Below, in pieces: positions 39,513 through 49,646 of a DNA stretch of 64,000 nt. Positions within the stretch are counted from its first letter, which is position 1. Each line of letters starts with the position of its first letter. Origin of the DNA: Candidatus Heimdallarchaeota archaeon (GTDB lineage: Archaea > Asgardarchaeota > Heimdallarchaeia > Hodarchaeales > Hodarchaeaceae); assembly GCA_020353515.1 (NCBI GenBank), contig CP070695.1, forward strand, positions 3,456,050-3,520,049. Direction: 5' to 3'. The notes under the pieces were generated by a model. The model did no database searches. It was not told where the DNA came from and saw nothing but the letters and a program-made list of their open reading frames with translations. The translations under genes and the position numbers were made by a program.

Positions 39513-40496
39513 ATGGCTGAAGAAATCAAATTAGCATATGAGAGAATCAAAAATTATGTTAATAAAACACCAATTATGACCTCTCGTACCTTGAACAGAA
39601 TGATAGGGGCCAAATTATTCTTTAAATGTGAGAACTTCCAAAGAGGAGGAGCTTTTAAATGTCGTGGAGCATTTAATTCGTTACTCCAACTAGATTCAGA
39701 GATCAAAGAAAGAGGAATTATCGCTCACTCTTCTGGAAACCATGCCCAGGCTGTTGCATTAGCATCAAGAGAGCTAGGATGTAAAGCAACCATTGTTATG
39801 CCTAAAAATGCTCCTCAAATAAAAAAGGGAGCTACTCGTGAGTATGGCGCAACAATTGTGGAATGTGGAAATAATCCAGCTGATAGACAAGAAATGACAG
39901 ACTCCCTAATAGAACAAAATGGATTTTTCTTAATTCATCCATACAATTACTTACCCACAATTTACGGAGCAGGAACCGCAGCTTATGAGCTAATTAATGA
40001 AATTGATAATCTCGACATTGTACTTGCCCCAATTGGAGGGGGAGGACTTATTAGCGGAACTTCAATTGCAATAAAAGGTTTCAGTCCTAAAACAAAAGTT
40101 ATTGGAGTTGAACCAAAAAATGCTGATGATGCATTTCGCTCAGTTACAGATAATAAGTTGTACCCATCAATTAATCCTAATACAATAGCTGATGGTCTTC
40201 GAACTTCACTTGGAGAAATAACATTCAAAATAATAAAGAGTAATGTAACAGAGATAATAACAGTAAGTGAACTTCAAATTTTGAAATCAATGAGATTCAT
40301 ATGGGAACGTATGAAACTGGTGGTAGAACCTTCTGGAGCTGTTCCCCTAGCTGGAATTTTTGAGATGAGAAAAGACGACAGTGATTATCTTGAAGGAAAG
40401 CGAATAGGTATAATACTATCTGGTGGTAATATCGATATAACAGATTTCTTTACTCTTTTAGAAAAGGAAATCAAGATGAATTCGCCTAATAATTGA
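39513..40496 (+). CDS. PLP-dependent serine/threonine dehydratase or serine racemase family (no ACT domain)
   Basis: FKCENFQRGGAFKCRGA, HSSGNHAQ, PIGGGGLISG, TIADG, VEPSGA, ILSGGN. Confidence 0.9.
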   Translation: MAEEIKLAYERIKNYVNKTPIMTSRTLNRMIGAKLFFKCENFQRGGAFKCRGAFNSLLQLDSEIKERGIIAHSSGNHAQAVALASRELGCKATIVMPKNAPQIKKGATREYGATIVECGNNPADRQEMTDSLIEQNGFFLIHPYNYLPTIYGAGTAAYELINEIDNLDIVLAPIGGGGLISGTSIAIKGFSPKTKVIGVEPKNADDAFRSVTDNKLYPSINPNTIADGLRTSLGEITFKIIKSNVTEIITVSELQILKSMRFIWERMKLVVEPSGAVPLAGIFEMRKDDSDYLEGKRIGIILSGGNIDITDFFTLLEKEIKMNSPNN

Positions 40497-40750
40497 AAGG
40501 GAGAGAGATAATTTAACCTTTAACATTTGGAACAAATGATTTAGGGCGGAATGGGGATTATTCGATCCAATTTTCAAAATTCATACATCCAAAATAATTG
40601 CTTCATCTTAGAATTTACAAACCTTAATAGAGAAACATCGTTATTCGATTATCATAATACTTCACAGAGTATGGTTATAGATATTTCATTATGCCTTGAA
40701 AATATGCTATAAAGGTTTTAACATTCCCTCTTTATTGAAAGGAATTTCTA

Positions 40751-41854
40751 ATGATGGAAAATGTAACCAGAGTTTTCTTAATAGATGATTCAGCGATTGT
40801 ACGTCAACAGATCTCACAAATGATCATGAATAGTGAGAAAAATATCATAGTTGTAGGTACCGCAATGAATGGGCGAATAGCACTAGAAAAAATGATACTA
40901 CCAAGAAATAAAGCTGATGTTGTAATAATAGATGTTGTTATGCCTGAGATGGATGGAATAGAGACTATTAATCATATTATGGATCGGTTTCCCACTCCTG
41001 TTATTGTTATCTCTGCTTTGAAAAAGAAAAAGGAGATTGATGTTGCACTATCGGAACTTGGAGTAGCTGCTTTTGAATCTGGCACTGTAGAGTTTGTTAG
41101 AAAACCAGACCCTTGGATTCCTAATGATAAAGAACGATTTAAAAATGAATTAATCCTTAAGATTGAAAACCTAGCAAAAATTGATTTCTTAAAAATTTTC
41201 TCAATTTTCAACATAGAATCCTTAGTAAAAGAAGAAGCGATAGCAAAACCTTTAATAAAGGAACCTTCACAAGTCATTTTAAATAGACATCGTGCTAAGA
41301 TAATCGTTATTGGAGCTTCGACGGGGGGTCCTCGTGCAATTTCGATGATATTTTCTATGTTACCCAATAATTTCCCTCCAATTCTTGTTATTCAACATAT
41401 GCCAATAGGTATGGTTAAACCGTGGGTAACCAGATTGAAAAAGATGTACTCAAATTTAATGATTGAAGTCGCGAATAATGGAGTATTACTAAGACCAAAT
41501 CATATTTATATCGCTCCTTCGGGAAAACACTGTCTAGTTAATCACAATAAAAGAATAAAACTTGAATCTGGAGAAAAAGTGAATTTTGTTATTCCTTCAG
41601 CTGATGTCACCTTTAAATCAGTTGCAGAAGTTTTTGGGAAGGATTCACTTGGGATTATACTTACAGGTATGGGGCAAGATGGCTGTCGAGGAGCACGTAT
41701 TATCAAAGATTCAGGTGGCAAAATAATAGCTGAGGATGAATCCACTAGTATAATTCCTTCAATGCCAAAGGCTGTAATTGAAGGGGAGCTTGCAGATAGA
41801 ATTTCACCTTTGCACAAAATCCCAACATCAATCAGAGGATTAGGTTGGATCTAA
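40751..41854 (+). CDS. cheB: Chemotaxis methylesterase CheB (REC plus methylesterase), paralogue 1
   Basis: IDDS, DVVMPEMDG, GASTGGP, IQHMP, ILTGMGQDG. Confidence 0.93.
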   Translation: MMENVTRVFLIDDSAIVRQQISQMIMNSEKNIIVVGTAMNGRIALEKMILPRNKADVVIIDVVMPEMDGIETINHIMDRFPTPVIVISALKKKKEIDVALSELGVAAFESGTVEFVRKPDPWIPNDKERFKNELILKIENLAKIDFLKIFSIFNIESLVKEEAIAKPLIKEPSQVILNRHRAKIIVIGASTGGPRAISMIFSMLPNNFPPILVIQHMPIGMVKPWVTRLKKMYSNLMIEVANNGVLLRPNHIYIAPSGKHCLVNHNKRIKLESGEKVNFVIPSADVTFKSVAEVFGKDSLGIILTGMGQDGCRGARIIKDSGGKIIAEDESTSIIPSMPKAVIEGELADRISPLHKIPTSIRGLGWI

Positions 41855-41869
41855 GTGGAATTTTTTCTT

Positions 41870-43054
41870 CTAATTTTTTCGTTGGTATATCCTATTGTGA
41901 GCATTAATGACTTCAAACTTATCTTTAACTTCCGAAGGAAGGAGCTCACACTTCCCAAGCACTAGGAATCCACGGGTTTTTAGAACGGAATGAAATCGTT
42001 GAAAAAGTGAAATACTTTGAGGTTTTGAAAAATATATCAGAACATTTCTACACATAATTAAATCGAAATCTTTAGCTGGAGGAGGAGTTCGGAGATCATG
42101 TCTTTTAAAGGTTACTAAGTTTTTAATTTGAGGAGATAGTTCATACTCATCTTGATTTATAAGTCTAAAGAAATTTCGAATTACTGATGGATTCATTTCA
42201 TCGAAATAATCTTTTGTGTACTGTGCTTCTTTAGCTTGCGATAAAAAATCTTGTGAAATATCCGTCGCAAGAATGTGAATATTTTTCTCCTTTGATTTCC
42301 TGTTTTGCTTTTTAATCATGATAGCAATACTATAAGGTTCTGGACCGATAGCACAACCCGCACTCCAAATCCGAACTTTTTTAGTTCTATTCAAAATATG
42401 AGGTAGAATTTCATTCTCTAGAACATCAAAAAGTTCTTTGTCGCGAAAAAATCGAGTTACGTTGACTGATAAACAATCAACAAGTACATTAAGTTCATTT
42501 GGATTATGCTCTAAAAATTTCCGATAATCAAAATAAGATGGTGTTTTTACCTTCCTCATGCGAAAATGCAATCGTCTTAGAAAATAGTTTTCTTTATATG
42601 CTTGATAATTAATTTTCTTCTTTGAAAGGAAATCCATTACCAATGGAAGATGTTGTTGGTCAGTAGGGTCTTTAACCTTAAAAATTACTTGTATTTTTTT
42701 CAGATCTATCCTTTTACGTCTTTTTTTCTTTTTTTCTTTTTCTGAAGTCACATTAACGAAGTTATTAAGGCTTTTTCTTTGTCTTTTAGGATGTAAAGGT
42801 GAAAGGTGGTGTTTATGTTCCCCCTCCAACATTGAAAATAATTTTTCAGAGGATTCCTGATTCTTTTCGACGTGTTCAAGTAGTTCAGTATAGCTCTTAA
42901 AACCCAGTTCTCTTTTCAACCGTAACAGTCTTTTCTTGATTTTTCCCTCATCCCAAAGCGCATCACCAGTGTTTTGCATAACGAATTTGATAAGATCCTC
43001 GAATCCTTCATCTGATTCTAAACTTATCTGGAACTTCTTATAATCGTTTTGCAT
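41870..43054 (-). CDS. cheR: Chemotaxis methyltransferase CheR with N-terminal extension
   Basis: NVTRFFRD, RIWSAGCAIGPEPYSIA, ILATDIS, FDLIMCRNVLIYF. Confidence 0.95.
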   Translation of the reverse strand: MQNDYKKFQISLESDEGFEDLIKFVMQNTGDALWDEGKIKKRLLRLKRELGFKSYTELLEHVEKNQESSEKLFSMLEGEHKHHLSPLHPKRQRKSLNNFVNVTSEKEKKKKRRKRIDLKKIQVIFKVKDPTDQQHLPLVMDFLSKKKINYQAYKENYFLRRLHFRMRKVKTPSYFDYRKFLEHNPNELNVLVDCLSVNVTRFFRDKELFDVLENEILPHILNRTKKVRIWSAGCAIGPEPYSIAIMIKKQNRKSKEKNIHILATDISQDFLSQAKEAQYTKDYFDEMNPSVIRNFFRLINQDEYELSPQIKNLVTFKRHDLRTPPPAKDFDLIMCRNVLIYFSKPQSISLFQRFHSVLKTRGFLVLGKCELLPSEVKDKFEVINAHNRIYQRKN

Positions 43055-43210
43055 TATGTCATTTCCTTGGCTTCTTGATTTCTTAGAGATTTACTCTGAA
43101 GTACATCCAAAAACCGGATTTAAACACTACTAAAAAAAAAATTGAAGTAGGAAAAATAATATAATGGCTTAGACCAGTCTTTTTTTTAAATTTCAACTCA
43201 TTTAAGGCCT

Positions 43211-43864
43211 TTATATTATTGAGCTTTCTTCACCAAACAGAGATTTCATGAATTCTTCAAATGTCTCTAAGTGGGGGACAATAGCTAAATCTACAGCGAT
43301 ATTTCTCTCAGAAGTAAATACATCACATTCGATAAACAAGACTGATTTCACATTCTTTCGAATATCATCTAATTCATGTTCGGCACAAGATACCAAGGTA
43401 CCAATACGAAGTTTAGGCGGTGAGGGGAAAGAATTCGCTTTTAGAAAATAATTTAGAGCTTCAATATATTTTAATGAGAGTATAGAACCAGTCTCTTTGA
43501 TTAATGAGCGAAATAATGGAGGTAATCCTCTAATATCGTGAATCTCGTCTGTTTGTTGAGAAGTCATTAGATCTATAATTTTTTTAACGCTTTCCCAGTC
43601 AAAAAAGACTAAGATGGTGTATAATAGATCACTAACAGTAACAGAAGATATTATTGCTAATTCTTGATCGATTGGCATTCCTATAATCCCAGGGATATCT
43701 TGTAATTGTTTTAGAGCTACTTTAGGAATACTCATATATGTTGACCGATTTAGAAATTGAGTCAGGGCAATTGCTGCGTGCCCTGCGCCTATGTTTCCAA
43801 CTTCTTGAAGAGCATCAAGGTGAAAATCTGATAATTTCTCCATTTGAAAATCTGTATCATGCAT
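43211..43864 (-). CDS. cheC: CheY-P phosphatase CheC
   Basis: DALQEVGNIGAGHAAIAL; second site reads SLIKETGSIL; overlaps the cheA stop. Confidence 0.9.
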   Translation of the reverse strand: MHDTDFQMEKLSDFHLDALQEVGNIGAGHAAIALTQFLNRSTYMSIPKVALKQLQDIPGIIGMPIDQELAIISSVTVSDLLYTILVFFDWESVKKIIDLMTSQQTDEIHDIRGLPPLFRSLIKETGSILSLKYIEALNYFLKANSFPSPPKLRIGTLVSCAEHELDDIRKNVKSVLFIECDVFTSERNIAVDLAIVPHLETFEEFMKSLFGEESSII

Positions 43865-45746
43865 GTACTTTTGCCTCCAAGAAATTCATTGGATCGATTA
43901 TTAACACTACTTTGCCTCCTTCTAACACGGTTGCACTTGAGAACGCGCCTATTTGGCTGAGGAAGTTTTGAATGGGTTTCATAACTACTTCACGTTCTCC
44001 CAATAATTCATTTACTAGGAATCCTAAACTACGATTCCCTTTTCGCCATAGAACCACTATTTCTTTCTGTACATCTTTATGACCAGTTTCAATTTCAGAC
44101 TCAATTTGTAATGAATGAAACTTCAAACGTTCACGTAAGTCAATGATAGGAACTGATGTGTTATCAACAATAATGGATTTTGAGGTGGTTTCTGGATCAA
44201 TTAGAATTTTACGAACTGGAACAGAAAGGATTTGTTCAATATTGGCCATAGGGATTGCAAATTGATACTTTTTAACTGATAACATCAATACTTTTGTAAT
44301 AGCTACTGATAATGGTATAACGAGTCGGAAGGAGGTAAATTTTCCTGGTTCCGAATCAACCTCAATATTTCCACCAACAGACTCCATAGTGGATTTTACA
44401 ACACTGAGTCCAACTCCTCTACCAGAAATTTCAGTCGTTTCTTCTGCAGTTGTGAAACTACTGTCAAATAATAGTGAATGTAAATCGTTTTTTGTCAATA
44501 TAGCTCCTGGAATAACTAATCCTTTCTTTTCTGCTTTTTCACGAATTTTCTCATAATCAATTCCACGACCATTGTCTCGCACTTCGATGATTATATCAGA
44601 ACGTTCATGAGTCACTGTAAGCTTTATCATTCCCATTGGTTCCTTATTCTTTTTGACTCTTTCTTCAGGTATTTCTATCCCATGACTGAGTGCATTTCTA
44701 AGCAAATGGTTAAGTGGATCAACTAGTTTCTCAATCACTGAGCGATCAACTCCAATATTTCTCCCAGTAACAATGAAATCGACATGTTTTCCTTCTTTTT
44801 GGCTTAAATCACGAATCATTCGTGGGTAGCGTGTGAGTATTGTCTCTAAAGGAACCAAACGCATTCTTATAACGAGGTCTTGGATGTTAGCTATTGTTCT
44901 TTCAAAGTTAGATAAGTTCTCCTTAAATGACCTAGAGTAGGCTTGTTGCTCCCCAATCTCTCTGATGAATTGACCAGAAACCACCAGATCACCTAATAAC
45001 CTTATAATGTGATCCAAGTCTTCAAGATTGACTCTGACAGTTAGTGCTTCTTGAGATTCTTCTATCCCTCCAGATTTTTCAGTAGTTGTAACTGATTCTA
45101 AAATACGTGATACATTGACAGAAACAACATCAGGCGCTTCTTCGACGATCTGATTAATAACCTCTTCATCTTCTTGTGTAGTTATCTCAATAATTAATTC
45201 TTTAAATGAAGCTCCTGCTTCAATTTCTTCAAGGGGAGGTATAGTACTATTTACACTTGACTTTTCCTGGAGCTTTTTGACAAGAACTAGACTCCTAGCA
45301 CTGACTACTTTACAATCTGGACTGTAAAAAACCCTAATTTGAAGTTTACTCCCCAAATTTATCATGAATTCATCAATCGAAGCCATTTGCTGGGTCAATT
45401 CATCAAAGTGGAGAGCTTCGGGAGTTTTCCCACCTTTTAAGGATTTAGAAAATCTCTCTAGTTCATCGACATATGTAAACAACAGTTTTAATACGTTTGA
45501 AATATTTGTTTCCTCTGCATCAGTAACAAGATTTTCCATACTATGAGTAAGCGAACTAATCTTCGGATATCCTGATAAAGAGAAAAGACCCTTAAGATTA
45601 TGAAGCACTCTAAGTATAACTTCATATGCTTCTTTCTTTGTTGGATCCTTTTCAAGAACCAACAAACCTGAATTCAATTCCTCGATTCTTTCTGTTAGTT
45701 CGAGGATCATGACTTTTTTGAATTCTTCTGATTCAAATTCACTCAA
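43857..45746 (-). CDS. cheA: Chemotaxis histidine kinase CheA
   Basis: Hpt HNLKG, P2, dimerisation domain, HLLRNALSHGIE, DNGRGID, SGRGVGL, C-terminal CheW-like P5. Confidence 0.96.
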   Translation of the reverse strand: MSEFESEEFKKVMILELTERIEELNSGLLVLEKDPTKKEAYEVILRVLHNLKGLFSLSGYPKISSLTHSMENLVTDAEETNISNVLKLLFTYVDELERFSKSLKGGKTPEALHFDELTQQMASIDEFMINLGSKLQIRVFYSPDCKVVSARSLVLVKKLQEKSSVNSTIPPLEEIEAGASFKELIIEITTQEDEEVINQIVEEAPDVVSVNVSRILESVTTTEKSGGIEESQEALTVRVNLEDLDHIIRLLGDLVVSGQFIREIGEQQAYSRSFKENLSNFERTIANIQDLVIRMRLVPLETILTRYPRMIRDLSQKEGKHVDFIVTGRNIGVDRSVIEKLVDPLNHLLRNALSHGIEIPEERVKKNKEPMGMIKLTVTHERSDIIIEVRDNGRGIDYEKIREKAEKKGLVIPGAILTKNDLHSLLFDSSFTTAEETTEISGRGVGLSVVKSTMESVGGNIEVDSEPGKFTSFRLVIPLSVAITKVLMLSVKKYQFAIPMANIEQILSVPVRKILIDPETTSKSIIVDNTSVPIIDLRERLKFHSLQIESEIETGHKDVQKEIVVLWRKGNRSLGFLVNELLGEREVVMKPIQNFLSQIGAFSSATVLEGGKVVLIIDPMNFLEAKVHA

Positions 45747-45809
45747 TTATTCCACGACCTCATTCAAAAAATCTACTGGTCAATAAATGCTGGGAAATTC
45801 CCAGAATAC

Positions 45810-46169
45810 CTAATTTAGCGCTCCTTCAATTGCTTGGACTAATTGGTCAACTTTGAATGGTTTAATAACAAAGTCCTTTGCACCAATTTTCAAAGCTTGT
45901 CGGACAAGGGGTTCATGTCCTAGCGCAGTTACTATTACGATTCTTGCCTCTGGATCCATTTCCATGATTTCTTTGACAGCCATTAACCCATTCATCTTTG
46001 GCATAACAACGTCCATTGTCACGACATTTGGCATGAATTGCTTGTAATGGTCAATAGCTTCGATCCCTGTTTCTGCCTCTGCAACAACTGTATGACCGTG
46101 CTTTTTCAGTATTTTTCGAATCATCAACCGTAGATATTTCGAATCATCTACAATCAATACTTTTGCCAT
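45810..46169 (-). CDS. cheY: Chemotaxis response regulator CheY
   Basis: VLIVDDS, TMDVVMP, VTALG, FVIKPF; stand-alone receiver next to cheA. Confidence 0.93.
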   Translation of the reverse strand: MAKVLIVDDSKYLRLMIRKILKKHGHTVVAEAETGIEAIDHYKQFMPNVVTMDVVMPKMNGLMAVKEIMEMDPEARIVIVTALGHEPLVRQALKIGAKDFVIKPFKVDQLVQAIEGALN

Positions 46170-46175
46170 AGTTAT

Positions 46176-49100
46176 TCAATCCTTTTCTTTTCTTTGTTCT
46201 TTTTTCATCCTTTTTAGTAGTGTTTTAATATTCTTTTTTGATATTATCTCTTCTAGAAACTCATTTTCAATAACATGTATTGTAGATAAGATTTTTTCGT
46301 AAGAAAATACATGTTTACAAGTTTTTTTACCCTCCAAAAAGATATTTGAGTCCTCACAAGGAATTAACTCTTCTTTGAACTTTGTTATTACACCTTCGAT
46401 ATCATCTGCAGGAACTAAGAATGAGAGATTCTCAAACTCTAGTAAAAAGAGAAAGCTGTTGTCTTGATACTCTGTCTGATTCTGAGAGTTAAAGACTAAC
46501 GCTGATAAATCAATGACAGGAAGTGTGCTATTGTTTTCCTCAGCAATACCGATTATTGGAAAAAACGTAGTATCTATCTTTTTCCAATTTAATGAACTTA
46601 AAACTCTTCTAACGAAAGTAACGTCAATTGAGAGGGTATAATGTTGTAATTTAAAAACAAAATAGTCTAAACGAATACCTTCGTGCCTATAGAATAACAG
46701 TAATTCGAGATCTTTGCGCTTAGATTTAACTTCCTCAAGAAATTTAACCTCTTTAGGAAGAAGGGTTGAAGAAAATTCTTTTGTATCTTTTAATGATAAT
46801 GTATTCTGAAGAACTGCTCTAATTTTCATATATAGAGAATCTGGATTCATTATCATACCAAGTGCACCGTTGTATGAAAAAAATCCAGAAATGATTGGTG
46901 AAAGGGTATTTCTTGAAAGCCCTAAACTGTTTTGGTAGATTTCACAATTTTCAATTGTAATTTTATCCAAAATGTTATCGACTAGGAGAACAGCTTCTGT
47001 ATTACTCTTAGGGTCATTTATTAGAATTCCAACTGATTTTTTCGCATTGTTACCATTCTTTTCTCTTAAAATAGTGTTGAAATCAATAAGTGGAACAATA
47101 TTAGTATGTATAGTTGCCCCTTTGATTGCATCATGGGGAAACTCTTTGAATAAAAAGGAGTTCTCCTCAATGACTTGGATAACATTTTGGGAATTTAGCA
47201 AGAAGATATGTCCTTTATCCTCAAATAAGTATCCTTCTTGTATTATATCATAACTTTGATGGATGGATTCTTGAACAGGATTCTTGAAGTATAGGATCTG
47301 GTCACTTTCTTGTTCTAATAAAATAGGATTATTAGCTATATGGAATAGATATTCAGCATTTAATATCAAAATAATCTGTTCTGATGGAGTAAGCATTAAA
47401 CCTTGTATGATATGGAGTGGAAAATCTCCCTCAGCCGATGAAAGGATAGGTCGAAGAGAATTCTCATCGATTTCGATTATTGATAGAATTTTATCGGTAA
47501 AGAGAGCGATATGTTGATCTTTAACCTCAAGGATCAGAACCTCATTTGAAGTCAGAGGTGTGGGTGTTGAATTCGATTTTAGTACCTCAGCTAAATTCAG
47601 GACAGAGATCACGCTTCCCCTGTAATTTGTTGATCCAATAATTGCTTTAGGCGCGTTAGGTACCTTTGTAGTGCTAGTAATATTGAAGATCTCACTAATA
47701 TATATGTTTGGAACCAAGATGTTTAAATTTCCAACTGAAACCAGTGTTCCTTTGTGTTTAAGATTGTGAGAAGAACTTACAACTTGTTTTGGTTTTAATT
47801 CTATAATTGACCTCTGAACTGGGATATTTTGTTTGAGATTAATATTTAATTCTTCAGAAGTGTCAAGTGACTTAAATGGAACTAAAAGAGTCTGATTTTC
47901 CACAGTAAATTGGGTTTGCATTTGTTCAAGTTCATAAACGATCCGATTGAGAATTTCTTGGTGGTCAAGCTGGACTACTATTTGATCATTGTATAGAAAT
48001 GCACCTGGAAAAAATGAGACTTCATTAGTATTTGTCGAATTGACTAAACTAGTTAATTCTGATTCTTCAGGTTTACTGATGGATCCTAAGACCGACTCAA
48101 CCTGAAAAATTATAAACTTCCCCTTATTCTCCCCTACAATGTAATTTTTCGGCTTTTGGATCTGTTTCGTTGTTGAACTCAATAGTTCACCATAGAAGAA
48201 AGAGTGCAAATCGATAACTGGAACAATTTCGCCACGAAAAGTGGTAGAACCCACGAAATAAGGAGCACTATTAGCGATTGGTGTGATTGTCAATGTTTGT
48301 AGGATCTCGATCACACAAGAGCACTTTATCGCATAAATGATATCCAATAATGTGATTAACACAAGAGCATTTTCATCCAAAGATGATTGCTTAATAGCTC
48401 TCGACTTCAAGATGTCTTCAGCATTGTAGATAGTAAAGAAGATTACTGGTTTTTCATAGTTAATTACAGAAAGATCAGAAATAGCCTGAAAAAAATAGTT
48501 GACATTTAAGACTAATATAATGTTTCCTGAGCGGTCTAACATGACCCCTTGGAAATAATACGTGAGATCCTTCTCTTTCGTAGGCCCAACAGCAGGATGT
48601 AGATCAGTTTCGATCATTTCTACTATTTCATGGAACTCATCAACAATGATGGCAACCTGTTGGTCTATGGATTCAAGAATGATTGCTTGAACATCATCTT
48701 GTTTTCTTACTATTTTCTTCCTTTCACTAGAGGAAGGTACTAATATTTCAGTAAGATCTAAAACACTAATGACTTTACCACGGAAATTAATTGTACCTAC
48801 AACAGCTTTTGGTGCATTTGGTACCTTGGTAACGCTTTGAACATTAAAAATCTCTATTATACGATTGTTTGGGATTAGTATGTCTAGTTCCTGAACCGAA
48901 ACCAATGTTGCAGTATTTGTGGTTTTTTTGGTATCCTTCAAGGCTCTTTGGAAACCTCTATCTGTCGCACTTGGTACTGGTACAGAAAGTTTTTGACGGA
49001 GATCGATATTATATTCTTCAGGAACCCCTAGTAGCTCAATGGGAACTAAGAGAGCTTGGTTTTCAATCACAAACTGAGTTTGTGTATTCTCAAGGTCGTA

Positions 49101-49628
49101 AACAACTCGCTCTAGGATTTGGTTATCGTCTAATAAGACAATAATCTGATCTATATTAGAAAGAAATGCCTTAACAAAATAAGAATTCTCTTCCGGATTA
49201 GCAAAATTCACTAAATTTGTTACTTCTGATTCTTCAGGTTTCTTTATAGAACCTAGAACAGTTTCAACCTGAAAAATAACAATTTTCCCCGTATGTTCTA
49301 GTGCAATGTAATTATTTTGATTTTCGGAACGTCTTGTTGACAAATTTAGTAATCCCCCATAAAAGAAGGACTGTAAATCAATGACTGGAACAATCTCACC
49401 ACGAAAAGTAGTAGAACCAACAAAATAGGGAACACTATTAGCCACTGGTGTGATTGGTAGTGTTTGAAGGATTTGGATTACAGATGAACTAAAAAGTGCA
49501 TAGTTGTTATCAAGTAAGGTGAAAAGGAGGAGATTATCTTCTTGTTGATTCCTTGAAGTTTTCTTGATTTTTTTTGTTTTTAAAATTATCTTCACCCCTT
49601 TGTGATATTTTCCTTCTATACTACTCAT
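46176..49628 (-). CDS. cheW: Multi-CheW protein with six CheW domains
   Basis: Four clear CheW units (FRGEIVPVIDL twice, FRGKVISVLDL, YRGSVISVLNL) and two divergent units (IVPLIDF, TLPVIDL). Confidence 0.85.
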   Translation of the reverse strand: MSSIEGKYHKGVKIILKTKKIKKTSRNQQEDNLLLFTLLDNNYALFSSSVIQILQTLPITPVANSVPYFVGSTTFRGEIVPVIDLQSFFYGGLLNLSTRRSENQNNYIALEHTGKIVIFQVETVLGSIKKPEESEVTNLVNFANPEENSYFVKAFLSNIDQIIVLLDDNQILERVVYDLENTQTQFVIENQALLVPIELLGVPEEYNIDLRQKLSVPVPSATDRGFQRALKDTKKTTNTATLVSVQELDILIPNNRIIEIFNVQSVTKVPNAPKAVVGTINFRGKVISVLDLTEILVPSSSERKKIVRKQDDVQAIILESIDQQVAIIVDEFHEIVEMIETDLHPAVGPTKEKDLTYYFQGVMLDRSGNIILVLNVNYFFQAISDLSVINYEKPVIFFTIYNAEDILKSRAIKQSSLDENALVLITLLDIIYAIKCSCVIEILQTLTITPIANSAPYFVGSTTFRGEIVPVIDLHSFFYGELLSSTTKQIQKPKNYIVGENKGKFIIFQVESVLGSISKPEESELTSLVNSTNTNEVSFFPGAFLYNDQIVVQLDHQEILNRIVYELEQMQTQFTVENQTLLVPFKSLDTSEELNINLKQNIPVQRSIIELKPKQVVSSSHNLKHKGTLVSVGNLNILVPNIYISEIFNITSTTKVPNAPKAIIGSTNYRGSVISVLNLAEVLKSNSTPTPLTSNEVLILEVKDQHIALFTDKILSIIEIDENSLRPILSSAEGDFPLHIIQGLMLTPSEQIILILNAEYLFHIANNPILLEQESDQILYFKNPVQESIHQSYDIIQEGYLFEDKGHIFLLNSQNVIQVIEENSFLFKEFPHDAIKGATIHTNIVPLIDFNTILREKNGNNAKKSVGILINDPKSNTEAVLLVDNILDKITIENCEIYQNSLGLSRNTLSPIISGFFSYNGALGMIMNPDSLYMKIRAVLQNTLSLKDTKEFSSTLLPKEVKFLEEVKSKRKDLELLLFYRHEGIRLDYFVFKLQHYTLSIDVTFVRRVLSSLNWKKIDTTFFPIIGIAEENNSTLPVIDLSALVFNSQNQTEYQDNSFLFLLEFENLSFLVPADDIEGVITKFKEELIPCEDSNIFLEGKKTCKHVFSYEKILSTIHVIENEFLEEIISKKNIKTLLKRMKKEQRKEKD
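47290..49540 (-). repeat. Intragenic tandem duplication of about 1.17 kb (CheW domains 1+2 duplicated as 3+4)
   Basis: Near-identical DNA ccacgaaaagt.gtagaacc.ac.aaata.gg..cactattagc at about 48232 and about 49400; boundaries approximate. Confidence 0.75.
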
Positions 49629-49646
49629 GGGTTTCTTTATCTATTC

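Noticed and set aside
42700-42790. Polybasic stretch in CheR as a nuclear localisation signal
   Set aside because: The host is a prokaryote, and Lys-rich runs are favoured in an AT-rich genome; kept only as a charged linker.
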